Source of the DNA: a virus
IMG/VR virus record: IMGVR_UViG_3300008050_007409
Length of the DNA stretch: 64,000 nucleotides
Reading direction: 5' to 3' (one strand)
Positions 27,227 through 35,499 of this stretch are shown in pieces. How positions within the stretch are numbered: position 1 is the first letter of the stretch; each line of letters opens with the position of its first letter. A program made the position numbers and the translations under genes. The notes under the pieces were generated by a model that saw nothing but the letters and a program-made list of their open reading frames with translations, did no database searches and had not been told where the DNA came from.

Positions 27227-27438
27227 GACTCCTCCTTCAGCTTGAACCAGAGGTAGGCCCGGAGGACCTCCTTCTCGTACCCAGCCAGGGGGCCGCCGCC
27301 AGCGCGCTCAGCGAAGTAGGCACCGAAGCGCTCGATCTCGGGATCGACCACCTGCTGCAGGATCTCTTGGGCCGCCTCAGGGAACTGTGTCCCCTCCGGC
27401 GCCTCCATCGTCGTCTTCAGGAGGATCTTCTCCGCCAC
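27223..27438 (-). CDS. Hypothetical protein
   Basis: GTG start, (M)AEKILLKTTMEAPEG... Confidence 0.6.
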   Translation of the reverse strand: MAEKILLKTTMEAPEGTQFPEAAQEILQQVVDPEIERFGAYFAERAGGGPLAGYEKEVLRAYLWFKLKEES

Positions 27439-27676
27439 GTTCCACCTTCCAGTCCAGGATCTTCTTCCGCGCTGCTTCCAGCCCATCGATCTGGGCCTGC
27501 AGTACATCTCGTACCTCGTCGATGTACCCCTCGTCCACGAACTCCTCGGTGGAGTTGTAGATCGGGATCTTCGCATCCTCCTCTGTGAGCTTGTTCAGGT
27601 GCCCCACGAGCTCGGCGAACACACCCAGCAGGTGATCCTTCTCTTGGAGCTCGAGCAGGGCTTCCGACAGGTTCAT
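27377..27676 (-). CDS. Hypothetical coiled-coil protein
   Basis: MNLSEALLELQEK..., ATGA coupling. Confidence 0.6.
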   Translation of the reverse strand: MNLSEALLELQEKDHLLGVFAELVGHLNKLTEEDAKIPIYNSTEEFVDEGYIDEVRDVLQAQIDGLEAARKKILDWKVERGGEDPPEDDDGGAGGDTVP

Positions 27677-28218
27677 CGACCGCCCTTCTTGGCGTTGACG
27701 TCGCCGCGGCGCACCGTCTTGGACCAGGGATCCCACTTGAAGTTGTCGGTCAGAAGGCGGTCGATGTCCCGGAGGCAGGGGAACAGCTTGTCCATGTCCG
27801 ACCGGCCGGAGGAGACCGACCCGGAGGAGCGCTTCTGCTTGATCTTCAGGCGAGGGGCCTTCACGATGATGGTGGCGCCCCCGAACCTGTCGTAGAGGCG
27901 GAGGGCCTCGTCCATCGCCCAGGAGATCCACTTCCCCTGATCTGCGCGGAACTTGACCGGGTCCATGAACATCACCTCGGTCTGGTTGTTCAAGTCCTCC
28001 TGCAGGGCCTGGAGCTCCTCGGTGTCGACCGTCATGGGGTTGACGGCCAGGTCGATGGAGTTGTTGCGGAAGACGCAGATGGCTCCGCACTTCACGCCGT
28101 TCTTCGGTGATCTACTGAGGATGATCTCGATCTTGTAGACCGACTGCAGCCCGGTGGCTTCCGCCAGGCTGTTGTCCAGCATGTTGACCAGCTTGGCCTT
28201 GTCTCCGGGGGCTGACAT
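27673..28218 (-). CDS. Hypothetical protein (FGG-ATIIVK motif)
   Basis: 181 aa with SD; motif shared with 42848..43483. Confidence 0.65.
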   Translation of the reverse strand: MSAPGDKAKLVNMLDNSLAEATGLQSVYKIEIILSRSPKNGVKCGAICVFRNNSIDLAVNPMTVDTEELQALQEDLNNQTEVMFMDPVKFRADQGKWISWAMDEALRLYDRFGGATIIVKAPRLKIKQKRSSGSVSSGRSDMDKLFPCLRDIDRLLTDNFKWDPWSKTVRRGDVNAKKGGR

Positions 28219-28396
28219 CAGATCCTCTCCTCATCCACGCTGTAGTGCACGCCGCGCACCGGAAGTAGCCTTGATCCATCGAACGCTCAACCTCTCGTTG
28301 AGAGATCCTGAACGGGTGGTTGCAGTCACAGCACTGGTACTCCCGACGCAGGTGCTCCAAGCTGAAGTCTGATCCGATCTCATCGAAGAAGCTCAC
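28112..28396 (-). CDS. Zinc-finger hypothetical protein
   Basis: CCDC...CAAC; 3' end overlaps the next gene. Confidence 0.45.
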   Translation of the reverse strand: MSFFDEIGSDFSLEHLRREYQCCDCNHPFRISQREVERSMDQGYFRCAACTTAWMRRGSDVSPRRQGQAGQHAGQQPGGSHRAAVGLQDRDHPQ

Positions 28397-28803
28397 CGCT
28401 CCACGGTGCAGTAGCTGGCGCTACAGGTCGCGCAGACGCTGGCGACGAACCCCGCCTTGTTCCGCCTGTTGCACTTGGTCAGGTAGTTGTCCTCCTCCGG
28501 CCACTCACGCGCCCGGTAGAGCTTGTGGTACTTCCTGACCACGGCCTCGAGGTGACTCTTGAGGACGGCGGTGGTGCCTCCGCCGGCCCAGTCCTCTTCC
28601 CAGGTCTTGGAGACCTTGATCCCGTTGTTGGTCTTGCTCGGGATGATGCGGATCTTGACCATGATCCGCTTGGAGGCCCTGAGGTACCAGAGCCTCCCCC
28701 AGATCTTCAGGACGCCGCGCCCAGGCTTGAGGACTGCGATCTCGTGGGAGCCTACGCAGATGCGTCGACGGTCCGCGAACTGAGCTGCGTCAAGACGACC
28801 CAT
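28393..28803 (-). CDS. Hypothetical protein, Cys-rich C-terminus
   Basis: Start MGRLDAAQF at 28803. Confidence 0.55.
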   Translation of the reverse strand: MGRLDAAQFADRRRICVGSHEIAVLKPGRGVLKIWGRLWYLRASKRIMVKIRIIPSKTNNGIKVSKTWEEDWAGGGTTAVLKSHLEAVVRKYHKLYRAREWPEEDNYLTKCNRRNKAGFVASVCATCSASYCTVER

Positions 28804-29071
28804 CAGCGACCTCGAAGAGAGACTGGCACCGGGTACAGATCCGGACCAGTCTACCCTCGAGGTGCACGGCCCCCAAGTGGGAGGCGTCAGCCTGGCACTC
28901 CTTGCACTGCACCCAGTGCCGGATGACGGCGACCTCGTCGCCCTCCGCATCACGGGCTGCTGAGTTCCGCGCCTTCAGATCCTCCCACCACGTCTCGAAG
29001 GGCGAGAGGGGGATCTCCATGCCGATCGACAGTGCGTCATGGTTCAGGGTGATCTGAAGGTTGCGGGCCAT
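28790..29071 (-). CDS. Zinc-ribbon hypothetical protein
   Basis: MARNLQITL...CKEC...CTRC. Confidence 0.6.
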   Translation of the reverse strand: MARNLQITLNHDALSIGMEIPLSPFETWWEDLKARNSAARDAEGDEVAVIRHWVQCKECQADASHLGAVHLEGRLVRICTRCQSLFEVADGSS

Positions 29072-29075
29072 GATC

Positions 29076-29717
29076 TCAGCCTTCGTCGCTGCCGAGGGAG
29101 AAGCCGCGGTCGAGCTCGTCCTCGTCATCTTCGTTGAGGGGGGCGTCGTGGGTCGCCTGGGAGACGACGCCGGGGCTGCCGACGCGGGAGTTGCGCAGCA
29201 TCTGGATGGTGATGGGGAAGAGCGGCTTGCCGTCCTCATCCGCCATGGACAGCTTCATCGCGTTGAAGACGTTGATGGCCGCCTCGGCTCCGGGCGTGGC
29301 CAGGACGATCTCGCGGAAGGCAGCCCACTGGAGGCGGTCGATGCCGTTGGGGGCGAGCTTCATCTTGCCGTCTCGACCGGCGGTGCCGTAGCGAATCCGG
29401 TAGGTCTCGCCGTCCTTCGAGGTGAACTTGGCCACGCCGAACTCGCCCTCGAGGCCGCCCTGGTTGTTCAGGGGGATCTCCAGGATGGAGCGGCGACGGG
29501 TGGGCTTCACGCCGGGGGTCATCGGAGCGTCGGGGGTGATCTCCCGAGCGAGACCGGCGTCGATCGCCGCCTGGGCGATGTCACCGCCAGAGTGGCGACG
29601 CGCCTTGCGGGTCTGACCCTTCTTCGGAGCGGCCTTGGCCTCGTGGACGGGGGTGGCCGGAGCGCCGCCACCGACTTCGGTGACGCCGGGCGTGGGCAGG
29701 TGGGAAAGGTCGGACAT
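29076..29717 (-). CDS. Hypothetical protein
   Basis: MSDLSHLPTPG start after SD GAGGAG. Confidence 0.65.
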   Translation of the reverse strand: MSDLSHLPTPGVTEVGGGAPATPVHEAKAAPKKGQTRKARRHSGGDIAQAAIDAGLAREITPDAPMTPGVKPTRRRSILEIPLNNQGGLEGEFGVAKFTSKDGETYRIRYGTAGRDGKMKLAPNGIDRLQWAAFREIVLATPGAEAAINVFNAMKLSMADEDGKPLFPITIQMLRNSRVGSPGVVSQATHDAPLNEDDEDELDRGFSLGSDEG

Positions 29718-29727
29718 GGGGAGCTCC

Positions 29728-29922
29728 TCAGTAGCTGACGCCGTCTTGCGGCCGTGTGTTCTCGATGATCTTCTTCCGCACCTCCGCGCACGTGAAGCGG
29801 CGGTGGCCACCCTTCGTGCGGTCCACAGCCTCGAGCTTCCCGGAGGATTCCCAGTTCCGGATCGTCCGAGGGGTGACCCCGCAGAGTTCGGCAACCTGGG
29901 CTGTGGTGAGGAGTTCCGCCAT
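29728..29922 (-). CDS. MerR-type/BldC-like HTH DNA-binding protein
   Basis: MAELLTTAQVAELCGVTPRTIRNWESSGKLEAVDRTKGGHRRF. Confidence 0.85.
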   Translation of the reverse strand: MAELLTTAQVAELCGVTPRTIRNWESSGKLEAVDRTKGGHRRFTCAEVRKKIIENTRPQDGVSY

Positions 29923-29940
29923 TGCGACAGCACTACCCCG

Positions 29941-29986
29941 AAGTCGGAAGAAGGTCAAGTTCCGATTTCCGAGTATAAGCACGCGA
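29941..29986. promoter_or_regulatory. Divergent promoter region with operator-like inverted repeat and TATAAG motif
   Basis: AAGTCGGAA (29941-49) / TTCCGATTT (29960-68); TATAAG-cacg-CGA at 29974. Confidence 0.45.
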
Positions 29987-30012
29987 AACCCATGAGGAGC
30001 AGGAGAGTGCCT

Positions 30013-31098
30013 ATGGATCGACACGAAGAGGCCCTGGTTCTGTCGGGGTCTGCCCCGAACGACCTGGACGTCGTTCGTCAAATGGAGCGCATGCCGACGC
30101 GCATGTCCGAGGCTCCCGAAGGGCTCCGAGAAGATCAGACCCCTGATGAGGGTGCGGCCGCCTTCGTCCAGGACATGCTGGACTTCAAGTTCGGGGACCT
30201 GATCCAGCAGGAGCTGGGACTCCAGGTCCGGGAGCTGCCCGAGTACATGATCGCTGTGGGGCTGATCGGCGGGCTGGACTGGATTGCACTGTGCGGCTGG
30301 TGGGCCTGGACCTACACCGGCATCTACCACAGCAGCGAGACCTACAAGTGGGTCTACCGCTACACCAGCTGGGACGATGAGGCGAACAAGGAGATCATCT
30401 ACGAGTTCGACCCCGACATGATCATGAAGTTCAAGGAGGATCCGGAGGAGAACGCCTTCGAGGAGCGCTTCACGGATCCGGGCCTGACCGACAAGGAGCG
30501 GAGCGAGGCCGTCCAGTTCCTGATCCACGACGTCTACAGGGCGATGGACCTGGAGCCGCCTCCCAAGCTGCTGGTGGAGCTGATCCTCTACTGCACCTTC
30601 ATGTGGGTGCTCAGCGACAACGGCCGGGAGTGGCTCTGCGAGATCGACCCGGTCTGGTCCTGCGTGGACGACTTCGGGGTCGCCTTCCTCGAGCAGTGGG
30701 AGAACATGCTCCTGGACCCGCGGAACATGGAGTGCACCCAGCGCGGGCTCGGCACCTGTGCCTTCTGCAAGGAGAACCTCCACTGCGTCGTCGGCGCCAC
30801 TATCAACGACGACTGGTTCATGGTCTGCAACGACTGCATGTGCGTTGCCATGGACCAGGGCCACGAGGTGGATCAGATGGACAACCGGATCGCAGAGCCT
30901 CTCTGCCCGTTCCGAGGAGGCCGGTGCCTGAACACCGAGTGCCCGCACAACCCACTCACGGAGGAGGATGTGGTCGAGGCGATGCAGGAGCACGGCACCC
31001 GCCGACTGAACCAGTGGCGAGGCAACCGCCTCGAGTCGAACGAACCTCGGAAGCTGGCCGGTAGGACCGTCGACGAGATCATCGACTTCTTCCGATGA
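30013..31098 (+). CDS. Hypothetical protein with Cys-rich C-terminal metal-binding region
   Basis: MDRHEE start after AGGAG; CAFC...CNDC...C..C...CPH. Confidence 0.7.
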   Translation: MDRHEEALVLSGSAPNDLDVVRQMERMPTRMSEAPEGLREDQTPDEGAAAFVQDMLDFKFGDLIQQELGLQVRELPEYMIAVGLIGGLDWIALCGWWAWTYTGIYHSSETYKWVYRYTSWDDEANKEIIYEFDPDMIMKFKEDPEENAFEERFTDPGLTDKERSEAVQFLIHDVYRAMDLEPPPKLLVELILYCTFMWVLSDNGREWLCEIDPVWSCVDDFGVAFLEQWENMLLDPRNMECTQRGLGTCAFCKENLHCVVGATINDDWFMVCNDCMCVAMDQGHEVDQMDNRIAEPLCPFRGGRCLNTECPHNPLTEEDVVEAMQEHGTRRLNQWRGNRLESNEPRKLAGRTVDEIIDFFR

Positions 31099-31104
31099 GG
31101 GGCA

Positions 31105-31240
31105 ACCGACCGACGCTCTTCGCGGGGCGTCGGTCGGTCGCAGCTGAACTACCCTTCGTTCGCATCCAGACTCTATGGGCGGCGATCTGGACTGTCAACT
31201 CCAGAGGTGACAAGTCTCGATCCTGTCACCTCTGGAGTTG
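31105..31240. terminator. Hairpin cluster between convergent genes
   Basis: Stem 31105-31138; perfect 17-bp inverted repeat CAACTCCAGAGGTGACA at 31196-31212 / 31224-31240. Confidence 0.6.
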
Positions 31241-31245
31241 GCGAG

Positions 31246-31516
31246 TCAGTTGTCGACCTCCTCCTCGGAGTTCTGCTTGGCCATCATCTCGAAGAGCTTG
31301 TCGGCGGCCACCTGCTTCGGATCGGTGATGGCCAGGGGCTTCGGCAGGGACTCAGGGTTCATGGCAGCTCGGCGGAGCTCCCCCAGGATCACGTTGAACA
31401 TGTTGACCACGTCGACCGGACTCATCCACATGGCGATGACGGTCGTGCCGTCGTTCTTGCGGATCTCGAAGTGGAACTTCTTCTCCTGGGGGGATCCAGA
31501 GGAACTTGAGCTGCAT
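31246..31516 (-). CDS. Hypothetical protein interrupted by a frameshift in a C6 run
   Basis: ATG 31516 MQLKFLWIP joins QEKKFHFEIRK... only if one C of the run at 31488-31493 is skipped. Confidence 0.5.
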
Positions 31517-31519
31517 GGT

Positions 31520-31858
31520 CTACTTCCGGTGCTTGGTGAGGTCGAGGACGACCTGGGTGGAGTCTGAGAGCGGATGCACGTACTCATCCAGGCTCCAGTC
31601 CACTCCGTTGACGATGTCGCGGACGACCTGCTCTTCGAGGCCCTTCAGGCCGAGGACGAGCCGGAGCTTCTCGATGTCCGACTTGCTGTAGAGCCCTGCG
31701 CGGCCGCGGCCGCCGGCGCCCTGGGACGGAGTCACGATCCCCCGCTCGCGGAGGTACTGGACCTGGCGGGAGGAGCAGCCCAGGAGGTCGGCCACCTGGC
31801 TCAGCTTCAGGGCCTGGGAGGAGGTCTCCTCTCCAGCGCCCGGGCGAGACTCGTCCAA
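31520..31858 (-). CDS. MerR-family HTH regulator (start uncertain)
   Basis: LKLSQVADLLGCSSRQVQYLRERGIVTPS...LYSKSDIEKLRLV. Confidence 0.75.
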   Translation of the reverse strand: MDESRPGAGEETSSQALKLSQVADLLGCSSRQVQYLRERGIVTPSQGAGGRGRAGLYSKSDIEKLRLVLGLKGLEEQVVRDIVNGVDWSLDEYVHPLSDSTQVVLDLTKHRK

Positions 31859-32007
31859 GCCGCCACGACCTTCTTGGCGGAGCTCTTCAGGCTGCTGATG
31901 CTGTCCAGGATCTCGCACGTGTCGTTCTTGAAGGCCCTGCAGCTCTGGTTGCAGGGCCTCTCCTTGTCGATGAAGCAGGTCAGAGGGAGCGGAGCTTGTC
32001 CAGCCAC
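31807..32007 (-). CDS. Small Cys-containing hypothetical protein
   Basis: CF.....C...C.AF....C pattern. Confidence 0.5.
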   Translation of the reverse strand: MAGQAPLPLTCFIDKERPCNQSCRAFKNDTCEILDSISSLKSSAKKVVAAWTSLARALERRPPPRP

Positions 32008-32234
32008 GTCGGCTCCAGGTGCTCCTCGGGGTTCTTCTGGACCCGTGCCCGGATGACGCCGAGCTCGTGGTCAGTGAGCAGCAGGGTCTCCAGCTCCCCG
32101 TCTTCGTCCTTCACCAGGACGCGGTTGTAGACCCAGACGGCACCCATCTTGGGGTCGTTGTTCGTCGTCTTGTGGATCTTGCCGTAGGCCTTGTCGCCCG
32201 CGGTTGGTGCGGTTGTAGGGAGCTGGTTTGCCAT
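31980..32234 (-). CDS. Hypothetical protein
   Basis: 84 aa, coupled. Confidence 0.6.
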   Translation of the reverse strand: MANQLPTTAPTAGDKAYGKIHKTTNNDPKMGAVWVYNRVLVKDEDGELETLLLTDHELGVIRARVQKNPEEHLEPTWLDKLRSL

Positions 32235-32881
32235 CAGAGCCTCATCAGAGCCTGGAATTCGTCGAGCTGATGCTTCGCGTCCTCCAAGGCGTTGTGTTTG
32301 GTCCCCTCCACCATCGGGTCGATCCCCAAGGCTTCCTCGAGGTCGGACTCAGGGAAGCCGTAGTCCAGGCCCAGCTTGCCCATCGCCAGGGAGCTGATCT
32401 CGATGAACTCGTAGTGGAAGGGGTTCTCCAGTCCGCAGTGGGCGAAGGCCCTGGTGACGAAGCCCCAGTCCAGCCCGCCGCAGTAGCAGACCATCACGGC
32501 CTGGACCTCTGCCAAGGCGGAGTCCGCTGCCCTCAGCTTGAAGCCGCCCTCAGGCTTGGGCTCCGGCGTCGAGACAGCGGCCATCCGCCGTTGCTGGACC
32601 CAGGTGTGCATCTTCTGGACCTGGGCGAAGAAGATGCCGTTGATCCCTCGACGCCTCACGTGCACCGGCGCAAAGGCGTAGGAGTAGGCCCTCCAGCAGT
32701 CCTCGAGCAGCTCCTGGAGGTTCTCCCGGACCCAGTCGCTCGTCTTCGAGGTGTTCTTGACCGGGAAGACGAGCTCGAGCTCCGAACCATCTTCAGCAAC
32801 CAGGCCCACCTGCATGAGCCGGCCGTGGACCGGATCCGTGTCAGTGACCTCGACGTCGACGCTGATGAAGACCTGGCTCAT
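32234..32881 (-). CDS. DEDDh 3'-5' exonuclease
   Basis: ISVDVEVTD, LDWGF, HNALEDA. Confidence 0.8.
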   Translation of the reverse strand: MSQVFISVDVEVTDTDPVHGRLMQVGLVAEDGSELELVFPVKNTSKTSDWVRENLQELLEDCWRAYSYAFAPVHVRRRGINGIFFAQVQKMHTWVQQRRMAAVSTPEPKPEGGFKLRAADSALAEVQAVMVCYCGGLDWGFVTRAFAHCGLENPFHYEFIEISSLAMGKLGLDYGFPESDLEEALGIDPMVEGTKHNALEDAKHQLDEFQALMRL

Positions 32882-33225
32882 TGGATCTGCCTCGACGCAC
32901 CCACGTCAACCCATGCCTGGGACCACCCTTCTGGACTATCGTAGACCTTCAGAACTCCCTTCATGTAGACCTGGAGATTCTCCCCTCTGAAGGCGGCGTT
33001 GAGCTTGCCCTCAAGCTCGGCCCTCGCTTCGTCCGAAGAGCGCTTCCGATCTGAGGCGAAGGTGTGGAGAGGGATGAAGGCACGCCGAGTCCTCCGCTTC
33101 CAGCCATCCAGAGTGAAGATCTCCAAGGCTCCGTCGAACTCGATCATGTACCCGATGGAGTTCACCTCCACGTTGCGAGTGCACTCCCCGATGGCCAGCT
33201 TCCTTGCGCCCTCCAACACCTTCAC
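32878..33225 (-). CDS. Hypothetical protein
   Basis: GTG start (M)KVLEGARKL coupled to the upstream stop. Confidence 0.5.
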   Translation of the reverse strand: MKVLEGARKLAIGECTRNVEVNSIGYMIEFDGALEIFTLDGWKRRTRRAFIPLHTFASDRKRSSDEARAELEGKLNAAFRGENLQVYMKGVLKVYDSPEGWSQAWVDVGASRQIQ

Positions 33226-33593
33226 AGCACACCGCCTCGGAACTCGACGTGACCCAGGGCGAAGCTGAGGTCGACGCGGGACTTCTCGATCTCGTCGATG
33301 AAGACCACCTTGCTCTTCGAGGGGTGGCTGGTGACGTGCACCCGCAGGAAGGTCTCGAAGTCCTTGTAGGAGGTCTCCGTGCTCATCGGCGGACGCCACT
33401 TGGCGGTGACGGAACCGTCCTGCCAGATGACGGCCTCGAGGACGCGGCCGGTGCCGGAGACACCCGTCTCGTCCTCCACCCGCTCCAGGAAGAAGCGCAC
33501 CGCCGGCTTCGAGTCGTAGTGGACCTTGGTGTCCATGAGGTGTCGTTCCACGTTGTTCCGCTCCAGGTCAGGTCTGTAGTTGTAGTTGCTCAC
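33222..33593 (-). CDS. Conserved phage hypothetical protein
   Basis: FFLERVEDETGVSGTGRVLEAVIWQDGSVTAKW, a motif recalled from small phage proteins. Confidence 0.6.
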   Translation of the reverse strand: MSNYNYRPDLERNNVERHLMDTKVHYDSKPAVRFFLERVEDETGVSGTGRVLEAVIWQDGSVTAKWRPPMSTETSYKDFETFLRVHVTSHPSKSKVVFIDEIEKSRVDLSFALGHVEFRGGVL

Positions 33594-33598
33594 GGTGC

Positions 33599-34426
33599 TC
33601 AGGCAGCCCACCACTCCACGAAGCCGTGGAGGTCCCGCTTCTTCCGGGTGTAGGAGCGGACGCCGTTGCTGACGTTGCCCTCGATGGTGGTCACGGTGCC
33701 GTCGCCGTTGTCGCAGACGACCATGCCGACGTGACCGGCCTTGGCCGTCTGGGCCGGGTCGGAGTTCGAGCCGCCGCGGGCCATCGTGAAGACGCTGGCG
33801 GGCTCGGCCAGCTCGGTCTCCTCGGCGTAGCAGCCCTTGTCGTAGCCCCAGGCCTCGTACTGGCTGGCTCCACCGAAGAACTTCTTCATGGGCGTACCGC
33901 CCCAGTTCATCTCGGCCGACCGGGTGCCGAGGCCCATTCCCAGAGCGATCCAGGAGCTGCAGGCCATCGCACACCAGGCCATGCGGCCGTACTTGGCGGT
34001 GTCGACACCCCAGTACTCGTTGTAGCCCTCGACCAGGTGCATGATCTCGTCGCCCCAGTTGGAGCCGTCGGGGACCTCGTCAGCGCCCAGGTCCCGAATG
34101 GCAGACTCGAGGACCAGGCGGCGGACGCCGCTGATGTCATCGGGGATCTTGTCGATGAGCGCCTGCTCTGCGGACTTGCGGGCGTCGTCGTCCCCGATGT
34201 CCACGGCCCGGCTGGTCGAGGCGCCCTCGAGGTAGCCCCAGGTGGTCGGGCCGACGATGCCATCGGCCTTGATGTTCCGGCTGGCCTGGAACTGTCGGAC
34301 CGCGTCGTAGGTTCGAGCTCCGAAGTCGCCGTCGATGGAGACCTGGGCACCGTGGTGCCGGAGGCGCTCCTGGGCGTACTTGACGTCGACGCCCTTGCTT
34401 CCCTTCCTGATCGTAGATCGAGCCAT
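33599..34426 (-). CDS. Endolysin: PG-binding domain plus CHAP domain
   Basis: IDGDFGARTYDAVRQFQ...ADGIVGPTTW; AWCAM...GHVGMV...TIEGN. Confidence 0.9.
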   Translation of the reverse strand: MARSTIRKGSKGVDVKYAQERLRHHGAQVSIDGDFGARTYDAVRQFQASRNIKADGIVGPTTWGYLEGASTSRAVDIGDDDARKSAEQALIDKIPDDISGVRRLVLESAIRDLGADEVPDGSNWGDEIMHLVEGYNEYWGVDTAKYGRMAWCAMACSSWIALGMGLGTRSAEMNWGGTPMKKFFGGASQYEAWGYDKGCYAEETELAEPASVFTMARGGSNSDPAQTAKAGHVGMVVCDNGDGTVTTIEGNVSNGVRSYTRKKRDLHGFVEWWAA

Positions 34427-34467
34427 GTCGTGTTCCTCTGAGTGGTCGCAACGAACCTACCGAGCGC

Positions 34468-34491
34468 TGCCGGGGCGGCGTGTCCCGGCAG
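34468..34491. terminator. GC-rich intergenic hairpin
   Basis: TGCCGGG...CCCGGCA with no U-tract. Confidence 0.35.
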
Positions 34492-34501
34492 CCTCTGTAG
34501 A

Positions 34502-34867
34502 TCAGCTGCGGAGCTTGCGGAGCGCCTTCTTCAGGAGCTTGCGGCTGCCGCGCTTGCCGTGCTTCTCCTGGAGGGTCATGCCCCAGTAGACCCACTCGAC
34601 CAGGCCGTAGAGCATCCGGTCGCGCTGCTCCTCGGAGAGGTCACCCCACTCGGGGATCTCGTCGAGCTTCTCGTCGATGAGATCGGCCGCCGCCTCGACG
34701 GTGACCTTGGCCTTGTCGCTGCCGCTGGCGCTCTCGTCCTTGAGGACCCGGATGACGTCTGCGATCTCGGGGATGAGGTCCAGCAGGAAGGTGAAGACAG
34801 ACGCCGGGATCTGGCTGCCGGTCAGGGCAGAGAGCATCGGAGCGAGGAAGGAGAGGGTGGCAGCCAA
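34502..34867 (-). CDS. Small protein upstream of endolysin, possible holin-like
   Basis: TTG start with GGAGG; hydrophobic N-terminus, SGSDKAK amphipathic helices, basic tail. Confidence 0.45.
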   Translation of the reverse strand: MAATLSFLAPMLSALTGSQIPASVFTFLLDLIPEIADVIRVLKDESASGSDKAKVTVEAAADLIDEKLDEIPEWGDLSEEQRDRMLYGLVEWVYWGMTLQEKHGKRGSRKLLKKALRKLRS

Positions 34868-34935
34868 CGTGGCCTCCAGGGTGGTGAGCGAGTACCATAG
34901 TCGGAACCGATGATCGGTTCAAGGAGAGCGAGTCT

Positions 34936-35259
34936 ATGTTCAAGCCCCTGGTCATCACCGAAGGAGGCCTCATCCGGCTGCTCCGCCGCTACGGCAAGCA
35001 CATGGGCCAGTCCGACGTCATGAGCAACGCCACGGCTCAGGTCTTCCTGCAGGTCGACGAGGGAGCTCAGCGATGGGACCTCTGGCTCCGGAACAACTGC
35101 GGACGCTGTGTCCACTCTCCAGACGCCTGCCGGATGTTCCACCCGACCGAAGATCAGTGCCAGGGCGACCTGACTCCGCAGAAGCTGAGGGACGCACACC
35201 TCCTGGTGATCGAGACCGGGAGGGTGACCGAGTGCCCTCTTAGATCAGAATCTGGGTAG
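34936..35259 (+). CDS. Hypothetical Cys-containing protein
   Basis: 107 aa, SD AGGAG. Confidence 0.6.
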   Translation: MFKPLVITEGGLIRLLRRYGKHMGQSDVMSNATAQVFLQVDEGAQRWDLWLRNNCGRCVHSPDACRMFHPTEDQCQGDLTPQKLRDAHLLVIETGRVTECPLRSESG

Positions 35260-35499
35260 ATCAGAATCCGACGTGCGTGTAGAGGCGCTTCCCTGATTCT
35301 CAATCCGAAACCAGAAACACTAATGGGTAGAGTTCACTGTACTAACCAAAAAACTTACCCATTATATGAAGATTAGAAGAAGGAGGAATAAAGGTAGAGG
35401 GCATCTACGCATCTACCGGATCTGTTGGATCTCCTGATCAGCTTGTCAACTCAGGAAGTGACAAAAGCTGGCATAAGGATCTGATCACCAACAGATCAC
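35241..35499. other. AT-rich repeat region, candidate replication origin/control region
   Basis: TAGATCAGAATC x2, TAATGGGTA/TACCCATTA inverted repeat, GCATCTAC x2, repeated GTAGA; near the strand switch. Confidence 0.5.

Noticed and set aside
35241-35420. Short direct repeats as a mini-CRISPR
   Set aside because: Repeats are 8-12 nt, two copies, with no spacer-length gaps; no cas genes seen
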